Shown here one piece after another: positions 40,065 to 49,283 of a stretch of 64,000 nt of DNA (within the stretch, counting starts at the first letter, position 1; each line of letters starts with the position of its first letter). The notes beneath the pieces are model-generated. The model made no database searches, was not told the origin of the DNA, and saw nothing but the letters and a program-made list of their open reading frames with translations. The position numbers and the translations under genes were made by a program. Source of the stretch: Chlamydiota bacterium (GTDB lineage: Bacteria > Chlamydiota > Chlamydiia > Chlamydiales > JAAKFR01); the NCBI GenBank assembly GCA_021772455.1, contig JAJFLY010000015.1, forward strand, positions 1,168 through 65,167, read 5' to 3'.

Positions 40065-41051
40065 ATGTATTTACCTCAATCTTACCTTGTAGCCGTTCTC
40101 TTCATGTTTATCACAATGCTCTGTTGGGGCTCTTGGGCAAATGCGGCCAAGCTCGATAATAAGTGGCGCTTTGAGCTCTTTTACTGGGATTATTCACTTG
40201 GGGTATTGCTTACAAGTCTTTTGTTTGCTCTTACTTTGGGGCTTTTTGGGGAGTCGGGGCAGCCATTTGTGGAGAATATCTTCCAAGCCGATTACCTCAT
40301 GATTGGAAAAGCCCTTCTAGGGGGAGTCATCTTTAACATCGCAAATATCTTGCTTGTGGCAGCTATTTCCATTGCAGGAATGTCTGTTGCTTTTCCTATT
40401 GGAATTGGAATCGCTCTTGTCGCGGGAACGCTGCTTAGCTATCTTGTGACTCCAAAGGGAAATCTCTCAATCCTTGTGATTGGAGTTTTATTTATTCTGT
40501 TGGCAGTCATCTTCGATGCGGTTGCATACAAGAAAAAAGCGAAATTTGAAAAAATAGTCACCCATCCTCCAAAAAAGGGGATCATTATCTCAATTATCAG
40601 CGGGATTTTGATGAGCCTTTTCTATCCGCTTGTTGCAGATTCGATGCAAGGGCATCTGTCATTAACACCTTATTCCGCCATCTTCTTTTTCGCAGTAGGC
40701 CTCTTCGTGTCTAACTGGCTTATCAACTACATCTTCATGAAAAATCCAATCTCGGGCCCAAAACTCACGATACGGGATTATTTCCAAGGCTCTACAAGAC
40801 AGCATCTCATTGGGATTTTAGGAGGCTTTATTTGGTGTGTAGGGATGTCTTTTAATGTAATTGCAGCTACAAATGCTGGGCCAGCAATTGCGTATGCTTT
40901 TGGGCAGGGAGCGACATTGATTGCAGCCATTTGGGGTGTATTTGTGTGGCGTGAATTTGCCCATGCAAAAAAGGTCTACCTGCTGCTCTTATTCATGTTT
41001 ATCAGTTATCTAATCGGTCTTCTCTTTATCGGCTTTGCAAGGATGGCGTGA
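40065..41051 (+). CDS. DMT-superfamily permease (ureide permease / GRP sugar transporter-like)
   Basis: MLCWGSWAN...FELFYWDY and WGVFVWREF motifs; about 10 transmembrane helices. Confidence 0.8.
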   Translation: MYLPQSYLVAVLFMFITMLCWGSWANAAKLDNKWRFELFYWDYSLGVLLTSLLFALTLGLFGESGQPFVENIFQADYLMIGKALLGGVIFNIANILLVAAISIAGMSVAFPIGIGIALVAGTLLSYLVTPKGNLSILVIGVLFILLAVIFDAVAYKKKAKFEKIVTHPPKKGIIISIISGILMSLFYPLVADSMQGHLSLTPYSAIFFFAVGLFVSNWLINYIFMKNPISGPKLTIRDYFQGSTRQHLIGILGGFIWCVGMSFNVIAATNAGPAIAYAFGQGATLIAAIWGVFVWREFAHAKKVYLLLLFMFISYLIGLLFIGFARMA

Positions 41052-41905
41052 TGAAAATTCTAAATTTCGGTTCTCTAAACATCGATTATGTCTACAAGGT
41101 TCCCCATTTTGTGCAGCCGGGAGAGACAATCTCGAGCTCAGCGCTTGAAACCTTTGCTGGAGGTAAGGGAGCAAATCAATCGGTTGCGCTTGCAAGAGCG
41201 GGTGCTCAGGTCTTTCACGCCGGTAAAATAGGGAGAGATGGCAGGTGGTTAAAAGAAGAGCTTACAGGTGATGGCGTCGATACAACCTATTTATTTCAAA
41301 GCGATTCAAATAATGGTCATGCGATTATCCAAGTGGACGAATCCGGCCAAAACGCGATTGTTTTATTCGCAGGTGCCAATAAAGAGATTACGAAAGAGGA
41401 AATCGATCAAACATTTTCCTATTTTGACAAAGGGGATTTTCTTCTCTTGCAAAATGAGATCAATCACGTCGATTACTTGATTCAAAAGGGGCATGAAAAG
41501 GGGCTCAAGGTCTGTTTTAACCCTGCCCCGATGACACAAGAGGTGCACAATTATCCGCTTGATCTAGTGGATCTTTTTATTTTAAATGAAACAGAATCTG
41601 CGAATCTTGCTCAAACAGAGCTGGTTAAGCGCTTTCCAAATGCCGAGGTGATCTTAACTCTCGGTAAAGGGGGCGCTTCTTACTATTATAAGGAAAAGCA
41701 TTTACATGTTCCTGCCCGTGAAGTTAAAGTTGTGGACACAACCGCTGCTGGCGATACTTTTATAGGGTATTACTTAGCTGCGATGCTTGAAGGTCAATCT
41801 GCTCAGTATGCTCTTAACTTTGCAACGGAAGCTTCTGCTCTTTGTGTAACGCGTAAGGGGGCCCAGCCGGCCATTCCTCTGAAATCGCAATTATTGGACC
41901 ATTGA
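41048..41905 (+). CDS. rbsK: Ribokinase
   Basis: GSLNID, GGKGANQ, NPAP, NETE and DTTAAGDTF motifs. Confidence 0.93.
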   Translation: MMKILNFGSLNIDYVYKVPHFVQPGETISSSALETFAGGKGANQSVALARAGAQVFHAGKIGRDGRWLKEELTGDGVDTTYLFQSDSNNGHAIIQVDESGQNAIVLFAGANKEITKEEIDQTFSYFDKGDFLLLQNEINHVDYLIQKGHEKGLKVCFNPAPMTQEVHNYPLDLVDLFILNETESANLAQTELVKRFPNAEVILTLGKGGASYYYKEKHLHVPAREVKVVDTTAAGDTFIGYYLAAMLEGQSAQYALNFATEASALCVTRKGAQPAIPLKSQLLDH

Positions 41906-41907
41906 AG

Positions 41908-43995
41908 ATGAAAGGGAAAACCGAGCTTAAGATAGAAGGAATGCACTGCGTTTCGTGTGAACGGACGATCGAGAATGCTCTAAAAAAAGTTAAAGGCGTT
42001 GAAGAGGTACGCGTAAGTTTTGTCTCTAACGAAGCGCATGTCGTTGGGAGCGCTTCAACCGATGCCCTTATCAAAGCCGTCAAATCGACCGGTTACACCG
42101 CCCATCCCTTCGAATCTACGAATGGAGACAAGGACTTCAATGTCCAGTTCGTCACAGTCATCATCTCAGCCCTCCTGACACTCCCCCTGATCGTAGATAT
42201 GGGCTTAAGCTTTGTGCCGCTATGGCTCCAGTTTATTTTAGCCACGATTGTCCAATTTGGAGTCGGATGGCGTTTTTATGTGGGAAGCTATTGGGCGCTT
42301 AAGACCTTTACGGGCAATATGGATCTTTTGATCTGCCTCGGAACCTCAGCCGCCTATTTTTTCAGCGCCGTTGTGTTGATCTTTGCCCTTCCTGAGCACG
42401 TCTATTTCGAAGCGAGTGCTACCATTATCACGCTTGTTTTGTTCGGGCGGTTACTCGAGATGCGTACAAAAAGACGTGCTTCAGGGGCAATCAAAGCGCT
42501 ATTGAAACTCCAGCCTAAGCTGGCGCGGGTGAAACAGAATGGGCAGTGGCATGAAATCCCGGTCGAAGAGATGAAAGTGGGCGACATCTTCCACGTCCGT
42601 CCTGGAGAAAAAGTCCCTATCGATGGAGAGGTGGTGGAAGGAGATTCGCATATCGACGAATCGATGTTGACCGGCGAAAGTAACCCCATCCGCAAAACTC
42701 TGGGGACAAAACTCTTCGGCGGAACCCAAAATCAACAAGGCTCACTTGTTGGAAAAGCGACCGCCATTGGCTCAGACACCGCTCTTGCCGGAGTTATCAA
42801 GCTAGTTCAAGAGGCGCAAGGATCGCGCGCGCCGATTCAGAAGCTTGCCGACCAAATCTCTGCGGTTTTCGTCCCGATTGTCGTCGTAATCGCCCTTCTC
42901 ACCTTTACTCTTTGGTGGGGGATCACCCTCGACTTCACCAACGCCTTGATTAACGCGGTCGCTGTGCTGGTAATTGCATGTCCGTGCGCCCTTGGAATGG
43001 CGACGCCCACAGTGATCATGGTCGCAACGGGGCGTGGAGCACGCTCAGGAATTCTTGTAAAAAATGCCGAGGCGATTCAGCTGGCAGAAAAACTCTCTGT
43101 GATCGCCGTCGATAAAACGGGGACGCTGACAGAAGGAAAACCGGCTCTCACCGATGTCATCCCTGATACTGCAGAGATTAGACGACTCGCAGCCTCTTTA
43201 GAAGACCACTCAGAGCATCCTATCGCCAAAACACTAGCAAAAGCCGCCATGCCATCTCCTGTCGAGCGGTTTGAAGCCGTTCCCGGAAAAGGGGTATTTG
43301 GGGAGATCGATGGAAAACAGTATTTTGCCGGCTCGATTCACTGGATGGAAGAGTGGGGGCTGACACCCGATAAAAGCATCGTAGAGCCACTTGAAAGCCA
43401 GGGAAAAACCGTTGTTTGTCTGAGCGATTCATCCAAAATTCTTGGCTACCTCGCCGTCGCAGACACTTTACGCCCCTCCTCAAAAGAGGGTATTAAGAAG
43501 CTCAAAAAGCTTGGGCTCGATGTGGTGATGTTAACAGGTGACCACAAGCAGACTGCGCAAGCCATCGCAGACGCAGCTGGCATCTCCACCTTCTATGCCG
43601 AAATTTTACCTCAACATAAAGCTGAGAGCGTGGAGCAGCTTCGTAAGAATCATAAGTTCGTAGGAATGGTTGGAGATGGTGTCAATGATGCGCCTGCTCT
43701 TGCCACTGCAGATGTCGGTTTTGCCATGAGAAGCGGAACCGATATCGCCATCGAGGCCTCAGACATTACTTTAATGCGCAGCGATATGCGCCAGGTGGCA
43801 GCCGCAATCGACCTCTCGCGCGCCACCTTTTCTAAAGTGCGTCAAAATTTATTTTTTGCTTTCTTTTACAATGCACTCGGAATCCCGCTCGCAGCAATTG
43901 GTCTGCTAAACCCGATTATTGCCGGAGCCGCAATGGCCTTAAGTTCCCTCTGTGTCGTGAGCAATTCCCTTTTATTAAATCGATGGAAACCATAA
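41908..43995 (+). CDS. copA: Cu(I)-translocating P1B-type ATPase
   Basis: GMHCVSC, TGES, CPC, DKTGT, SEHP, GDGVND, YN and MALSS motifs. Confidence 0.93.
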   Translation: MKGKTELKIEGMHCVSCERTIENALKKVKGVEEVRVSFVSNEAHVVGSASTDALIKAVKSTGYTAHPFESTNGDKDFNVQFVTVIISALLTLPLIVDMGLSFVPLWLQFILATIVQFGVGWRFYVGSYWALKTFTGNMDLLICLGTSAAYFFSAVVLIFALPEHVYFEASATIITLVLFGRLLEMRTKRRASGAIKALLKLQPKLARVKQNGQWHEIPVEEMKVGDIFHVRPGEKVPIDGEVVEGDSHIDESMLTGESNPIRKTLGTKLFGGTQNQQGSLVGKATAIGSDTALAGVIKLVQEAQGSRAPIQKLADQISAVFVPIVVVIALLTFTLWWGITLDFTNALINAVAVLVIACPCALGMATPTVIMVATGRGARSGILVKNAEAIQLAEKLSVIAVDKTGTLTEGKPALTDVIPDTAEIRRLAASLEDHSEHPIAKTLAKAAMPSPVERFEAVPGKGVFGEIDGKQYFAGSIHWMEEWGLTPDKSIVEPLESQGKTVVCLSDSSKILGYLAVADTLRPSSKEGIKKLKKLGLDVVMLTGDHKQTAQAIADAAGISTFYAEILPQHKAESVEQLRKNHKFVGMVGDGVNDAPALATADVGFAMRSGTDIAIEASDITLMRSDMRQVAAAIDLSRATFSKVRQNLFFAFFYNALGIPLAAIGLLNPIIAGAAMALSSLCVVSNSLLLNRWKP

Positions 43996-43999
43996 AATC

Positions 44000-45001
44000 A
44001 TGGATATGTCCTTACAACGTAAAGCTCTCTATAATTTGCTTCAAATTAACCTCCCGAAAATTGAATCGGGCGAGTTAAAAATAGAAGACTTGCAGCCGTG
44101 GCAGACGGAAAATTACCGTCAGCAGTCGACGACTACGCTCCTCGATCAGTTGGGCACCCTCGGGATCAGTTTTGGAAATAGCGACTTTACAGCTTATGCC
44201 GACACTTTCGAAGAGCCCGAAGAGATGCTCGATGCCATAGCCAATGAGCGCGAGCCTCTAGAGCAAGATCAGGTCTTTTTATTGATTTTCGAGCTTTGGC
44301 GCCGCCATTTCCCTGAAAAGCGGACACTCTCCATTTTCTGCGACGAGCTCGACTACCAAATGACCCAATACGATTTAGGAAGCGAATGTGAGATCGCAGA
44401 TACCTTAGAATATTTATTACAGATTTTAGAGGAGAACGTCGATAAGGGGCTCAACGCGATCGATGTTTTCCAGACGATGCAGAGTTACTGCGCCAATGAA
44501 ATCGACAGCTTTCTTTTCGACTACATCTTAACACAAGTTGAAGAGGCCAATCGCGATTATGCCTCAGAGCTGCTCGATGGCTTTTACCCATACCTCAAGG
44601 ATACGATTTGGTTTGATTACCTAAGAGCGCGCATCCAGTACATCGATGACGATGAGGTTGGAGGTATGTTGTTTGATAAGCTGATCGCAAAAGTTGGAGA
44701 GGCAACCAGCATCGATCTTGTCGAAGAGATCCTCTATTTCTTCGCCGACATCGGGAACCACACTCTCTTTTATGATTTAGGGATGAAAATGTTCGACTTG
44801 ATGAAGGTCGAAGAGGATTTCCGCGAGTTTTTAGAAATTTGCTACATCCACTACGACCACCTAGAGCTCAAAGAGCCGGCCCTTGCCCTTTCTGAGATCT
44901 TCCACCGGAGAAAAGAGATCGCCTCAGATACTCCTCTTGATCCATCAGATCCTGACCTAAAAAAACTGCACGGCGTTCTAGACCAGAAGCTTCATCTCTG
45001 A
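44000..45001 (+). CDS. Acidic alpha-helical hypothetical protein
   Basis: 333-aa ORF closely following copA; no motif recognised. Confidence 0.7.
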   Translation: MDMSLQRKALYNLLQINLPKIESGELKIEDLQPWQTENYRQQSTTTLLDQLGTLGISFGNSDFTAYADTFEEPEEMLDAIANEREPLEQDQVFLLIFELWRRHFPEKRTLSIFCDELDYQMTQYDLGSECEIADTLEYLLQILEENVDKGLNAIDVFQTMQSYCANEIDSFLFDYILTQVEEANRDYASELLDGFYPYLKDTIWFDYLRARIQYIDDDEVGGMLFDKLIAKVGEATSIDLVEEILYFFADIGNHTLFYDLGMKMFDLMKVEEDFREFLEICYIHYDHLELKEPALALSEIFHRRKEIASDTPLDPSDPDLKKLHGVLDQKLHL

Positions 45002-45137
45002 GAAGGATCTGCGCGTTCGTCATAGAAACCACATCTTTTAATCTACGAGATTAAGCCGAATATCCATAAAAACGGGACTTTATCTTGCGAAAATAGGTAG
45101 ATAAAGTCTTAATAATGGCTATACAGAGAGAAATCTA

Positions 45138-45395
45138 ATGAATTCCCATGAATTTATCATTGGTCGGAAGGAAGAAAAGCGCATTCTCGAAAGGCTTTAC
45201 AGGTCTAAAAACTTTGCCTTAACTAAGTCCTACTCCGAGGAGTTATCCCGTAAGAAATCTCTATTTCAGAAATCAACCAAGACGAAAAAAGGATTGTTCA
45301 TCACTTTGATCACCCCATTTGGGGCAAAAGAAAATGAACACTTCCATAATATTGTCGATCATCAAATTTCATTAGAAGCTCTTTTCAAGCAGTAA
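45138..45395 (+). pseudogene. Archaeal-type ATPase reduced to fused N- and C-termini
   Basis: IIGRKEEKRILERLYRSK (family N-terminus) is joined in frame to FALTKSYSEEL...LFITLITPFG...ISLEALF (family C-terminus). No Walker motifs remain. Confidence 0.7.
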
Positions 45396-45433
45396 GCTTG
45401 CAAATTTAGAACTCCATAAGTAAATTGGTTGGC

Positions 45434-45530
45434 GTTCACCAGGGGTGCCCAGATTTTGGGCTGAAAGAATGCTGTTTAGCGTTTAACCCTTACTACCTGA
45501 TCTAGATTGTACTAGCGTAGGGAGTGTGAG
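45434..45530 (+). ncRNA. TPP riboswitch aptamer (variant)
   Basis: GGGGTGCCC...GGGCTGAAA...ACCC...ACCTGATCTAG....CTAGCGTAGGGA, with P1 tcac/gtga. TGAAA replaces the consensus TGAGA. Confidence 0.8.
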
Positions 45531-45533
45531 AAT

Positions 45534-45615
45534 TTTTCCTTTTCTGGTGAACACAGAAAGGAAAGCACATCGTTTGTGTTTTCCTCCAAACCAAAACTAA
45601 ATGGAGGAAACTATG
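45534..45615 (+). promoter_or_regulatory. Riboswitch expression platform (Shine-Dalgarno sequestration)
   Basis: ctggtgaac (45544-52) pairs with gttcaccag (45434-42). tttcctcca (45580-88) pairs with tggaggaaa (45602-10). ATG at 45613. Confidence 0.7.
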
Positions 45616-45720
45616 TATATAAAATACAATCCAACCTGTAAACGTGCACCCGCACATGCGTTTCAAGATAATTATATGAAGGCTACCATGCCACCACAGA
45701 CGTACTGTGAAAGAGCCTGA
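45613..45720 (+). pseudogene. 35-codon ORF under the riboswitch, probable tenA remnant
   Basis: HAFQDNYMKATMPPQTY aligns by eye with the TenA N-terminal pattern HPFxxxLxxGTLPxxxF; early stop. Confidence 0.4.
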
Positions 45721-45825
45721 GTTCAGCAAACAGGCGAACCCGTTTCACTAGCTACCGAGCTCTTTATGCGAGACTGTGTGCGATCATGCATTAATTATAA
45801 GAGGTTTATAATCGAGATAGGTACA

Positions 45826-46566
45826 TTAGATATTTAATAAACTAGGCTTGAAGTCTAAGTAGTCACAGGAGGTGAGGTGGTAGCCTACCCCACTCCTGTT
45901 TCCAAACATGGCCACCCCACGCTTAACATTATGCAGGTGGCCAAAGACGCAGACATTGACGTTGTACTTCTCTAAAAGTGCTGCCGCCTTAGAAGGCTCA
46001 AGCTCTGCGCTGATCGGAGGATAGTGGGTCATGACAAGGCGTTTGGCAGCTGACTGGTCCATAGCCTTTAAGCTTAATTCTAAACGCTCGAGCTCGCGCT
46101 TAAAAATCCGCTCCTGGTCGGGCTTCTCCTCCTTGGAGGAAGGGACCGATGTCTCACGAAAATCGATGTAGTCATTGAAGCCATATTCATCGGTGTCCCA
46201 AAGGCGCGCCCCACCAATTGAGTACTCATTCCATTGATAAGCGGTGTTCTGGATGATGTGGATGGAAGGGGGCAAAATCGACTTGACCTTGGAAAGGGAG
46301 CTCCACCAGTAGTCGTGGTTCCCCTTGATCATCACTTTGGTACCGGGCAAAGCATCGATCCAATCGAGGTCGATCTTGGCATCCTCAATACGCATCGCCC
46401 ACGAGATATCACCTGCAATGAGCACAAGATCATCGGGTTGAACGACGGCAAGCCAATTGGTCTTGAGCTTTTCGCCGTAATTCGCCCACTCAGGACCAAA
46501 AACTTCCATGGTTTTTTCGGGAACACCAAATGATAGGTGCAGATCTGCAATAGCCCAAACTGACAT
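45826..46566 (-). CDS. Calcineurin-like metallophosphoesterase
   Basis: ADLH, AGD, GNHD and GHLH motifs. Confidence 0.9.
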   Translation of the reverse strand: MSVWAIADLHLSFGVPEKTMEVFGPEWANYGEKLKTNWLAVVQPDDLVLIAGDISWAMRIEDAKIDLDWIDALPGTKVMIKGNHDYWWSSLSKVKSILPPSIHIIQNTAYQWNEYSIGGARLWDTDEYGFNDYIDFRETSVPSSKEEKPDQERIFKRELERLELSLKAMDQSAAKRLVMTHYPPISAELEPSKAAALLEKYNVNVCVFGHLHNVKRGVAMFGNRSGVGYHLTSCDYLDFKPSLLNI

Positions 46567-46578
46567 GCTTGGAGTGTA

Positions 46579-47937
46579 CTAGAAAACGTAATTATCAGGA
46601 ATCTGTGTTCCACGTGGGATAATGATTATCCCGTCGCGTACGACAACGCTCCCATCGATGGAGTCGTAGGTATCGTGCCCTTTTTTATTGACGAGGGTTA
46701 CGTTATTGCCGATTGTGACGTTCTCATCGAGAATGGCCCGCTCAATATGGCAATTTTCTCCGATGCCAGGGCTGTGAGCCTTCTCTCCTGTAACAAGAGG
46801 TGGGCGCGTGTAGTACTCATTCCCAACGATCACAGAATCGCGCACGATACTCCCCTTCCCAATCATGGATCGCACACCAAGAACGCTATGTGTAACCTCT
46901 TTACCTTCAATAATACTCCCTTCACAGAGCAGGACATCCTTTAGACGGCAGTTAGAAATTTGGACGCCAGGGAGGTTGTAGCGCTTGGTGAGGATGCGGC
47001 TATTCTCGTCGTAACATTGAAGCCCTGTTTTCGGGTCAAATTCTCGCTTTGTTAGAGCTAAATTCGCATTGTAATACGATTCGATCGTCCCAATATCTTC
47101 CCAGTAACCGTCATATAAAAAAGCGTGGGAATCCCCTTTTTTGAGCTGCGATTGGATTAGGTGCTTACCAAAGTCTTCGCGCGGATCTTCGCGAAGAAGA
47201 TCAAACATTACTTGGCGCTTAAACAGATAGATCCCCATCGACCCGATGTAATCTTTTCCATTATCCCCATCATAACCAAGACCGTGAAGAGTTAAGGAAT
47301 CTGTATGGAACTGATTAATAACAGCATCTTCGGTAGGCTTTTCACAAAAATCGACGATTTTGCTGCTGCCGGGCTTGAGTTTTAACAATCCCATCCGCGT
47401 GGCATCTTTTTTATTCACAGGCTGAGCTGCGACTAACATCCCTGCATTAACCTCATAAGCGTAATCGATCATCTTTTGGAAATTGATATTGTAAAGTTGG
47501 TCGCCAGATAGAATAAGGAAGTAGTCGGCTGAAATTTCGGAAAAATACTCAAGGTTTTGACGTACAGCGTCTGCCGTTCCCTTGTACCAGATTTTTCTTC
47601 CTGCCCTTTCTTCTGGTGCGAGAAGCTGAATCTGATTTTGCGAAGTTCCTTGGCTAAAATAGGTCTGAAAAAGATGCTTTTGCAAGCTGTAGGTGAGGTA
47701 TTGCCCAATAACGAAAATATTGGAGAGCCCAGATGTAAGCGAGTGTGAGATCGGAACATCGATTAGGCTATAACGCCCTCCAAAAGAAATCGCGGGCTTG
47801 CATCTTGTTTTGGTTAAGGGTGCTAACCGCTTCCCTTCCCCTCCACCCAAGATAATAACGGCAACGCGATCTAATGAAACGTGGGATGGATGAATAAGTG
47901 GAGTTGGATCAGTTTCATAAGGAGATTTAGCTAACAT
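46579..47937 (-). CDS. glgC: Glucose-1-phosphate adenylyltransferase
   Basis: LGGGEGKRL, KPA, GTADAV, LSGDQLY and YWEDIGT motifs. Confidence 0.96.
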   Translation of the reverse strand: MLAKSPYETDPTPLIHPSHVSLDRVAVIILGGGEGKRLAPLTKTRCKPAISFGGRYSLIDVPISHSLTSGLSNIFVIGQYLTYSLQKHLFQTYFSQGTSQNQIQLLAPEERAGRKIWYKGTADAVRQNLEYFSEISADYFLILSGDQLYNINFQKMIDYAYEVNAGMLVAAQPVNKKDATRMGLLKLKPGSSKIVDFCEKPTEDAVINQFHTDSLTLHGLGYDGDNGKDYIGSMGIYLFKRQVMFDLLREDPREDFGKHLIQSQLKKGDSHAFLYDGYWEDIGTIESYYNANLALTKREFDPKTGLQCYDENSRILTKRYNLPGVQISNCRLKDVLLCEGSIIEGKEVTHSVLGVRSMIGKGSIVRDSVIVGNEYYTRPPLVTGEKAHSPGIGENCHIERAILDENVTIGNNVTLVNKKGHDTYDSIDGSVVVRDGIIIIPRGTQIPDNYVF

Positions 47938-47946
47938 TATTTTTAT

Positions 47947-47981
47947 TACTATTAATACCGTCGTTATAACTATTAATAGTA
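47947..47981. promoter_or_regulatory. 11-bp inverted repeat between pyrF and glgC
   Basis: tactattaata-N13-tattaatagta; AT-rich, function unclear. Confidence 0.35.
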
Positions 47982-47997
47982 GAAATTAACTAATCTG

Positions 47998-48768
47998 TCA
48001 AGTTATTTTTCTAACATAAGCATTCCAACCCGCCTTACGATATTCTTTCGCTTCTAAAACAGGATTTTCCGCTTCATAAATACCACGTCCAACAATGATT
48101 ACATCGCTTTTGTTTTCACAGATGACTTTTTTAGGCGTGAGATAATTTTGCCCAAGCGCATCCCCGCCAGGCGCAAGTTTTACACCAGGTGTCATATGGA
48201 TAAATGCGGGATTTTCTACGAGTTTTTGCACGCAGATAAAGCCGATAACAAAATCGGCATGCTCCTCGGCCCACTCAACTGCTTGTTTTGTGTAGGCACC
48301 CTTCGCAAGGGTTCCTTTTGGGCTCATTTCTGCAAGTAAAAGAAGGCCACGCCCTTTTGGAAGACCGACCTCTTTGAGTCCTTCGATAATCCCCGGTCCG
48401 GGAACGATGTGAGCATTTGTGATGTCGGACCAATCTGAGATGCGATAAATCCCATCGCGGTATTGCCATTTGACGGTGTTGCCTATGTCGGCAAATTTGC
48501 GATCTTCAAAGATAAGAAAATTGTGTTTCTCAGCAAGCGCTTGAAGCTTGTGGGGGAGCTCAGGCGTAAAATTCTCGAGAATATCGATGTGTGTTTTCAA
48601 GACACAGATCTCAGAGCCAAGAGTATCTGCAATATGAAGCAACTCTTCCGCTGTCGTTACATCTGCAGCAATAGAAAGGTTTGTCTGCTTTTGGTCCATC
48701 AACTGAAGGAGACGCTTACCTGTTGGATTTAAGGCATAATCGCTGCGCTGAGAGTAACTTAAATTCAT
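47998..48768 (-). CDS. pyrF: Orotidine-5'-phosphate decarboxylase (eukaryote-type)
   Basis: [23 protein letters not shown] and IVGRGI motifs. Confidence 0.96.
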   Translation of the reverse strand: MNLSYSQRSDYALNPTGKRLLQLMDQKQTNLSIAADVTTAEELLHIADTLGSEICVLKTHIDILENFTPELPHKLQALAEKHNFLIFEDRKFADIGNTVKWQYRDGIYRISDWSDITNAHIVPGPGIIEGLKEVGLPKGRGLLLLAEMSPKGTLAKGAYTKQAVEWAEEHADFVIGFICVQKLVENPAFIHMTPGVKLAPGGDALGQNYLTPKKVICENKSDVIIVGRGIYEAENPVLEAKEYRKAGWNAYVRKIT

Positions 48769-49283
48769 TTTACCTCAAGAAGTTCGCTTAGAGTAAATAG
48801 AGAATGAAGGCGGTAGCCTTTTTCCTCAACACGTTCTCTTCCACCTTGCTGGCGATCGAGTACAACGACAATATCTGTCACCTTTAAGCCTACTTCCTCG
48901 AGCGGATTGATCGTTTCAAAAATACTCATTCCGCTTGTAATAAGATCTTCGATCACAAGGCAATTTTGCCCAGATTCAAACGCCCCTTCGATGATTTTTT
49001 TCGTGCCGTAATTTTTGGCCTCTTTACGGCGCATGACCATAGGGAGATTTTGCTGAACCGAAAGAGCCGTGGCAATCGGCAGCGCCGTATAAGGAACACC
49101 ACAAACACGATCAAATTGACTACCCGCTATTTTTTCCCACATCAGAAAAGCGACCTCTGCAAGAAGCTTAGGATAAGAGATAATAAGGCGAAGATCGATG
49201 TAGATGGGCGATTTAACTCCACTTTTTAGGGTAAAGTCGCCGTGTTGGATCGCGCCAATTTTATGCAGCTCCTGGATTAACAT
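48765..49283 (-). CDS. pyrE: Orotate phosphoribosyltransferase
   Basis: [24 protein letters not shown] and VIEDLITSG motifs. Start at ATG 49283. Confidence 0.95.
   Translation of the reverse strand: MLIQELHKIGAIQHGDFTLKSGVKSPIYIDLRLIISYPKLLAEVAFLMWEKIAGSQFDRVCGVPYTALPIATALSVQQNLPMVMRRKEAKNYGTKKIIEGAFESGQNCLVIEDLITSGMSIFETINPLEEVGLKVTDIVVVLDRQQGGRERVEEKGYRLHSLFTLSELLEVK

Noticed and set aside
45502-45729. 75-aa minus-strand ORF
   Set aside because: Antisense to the riboswitch platform and its controlled ORF.
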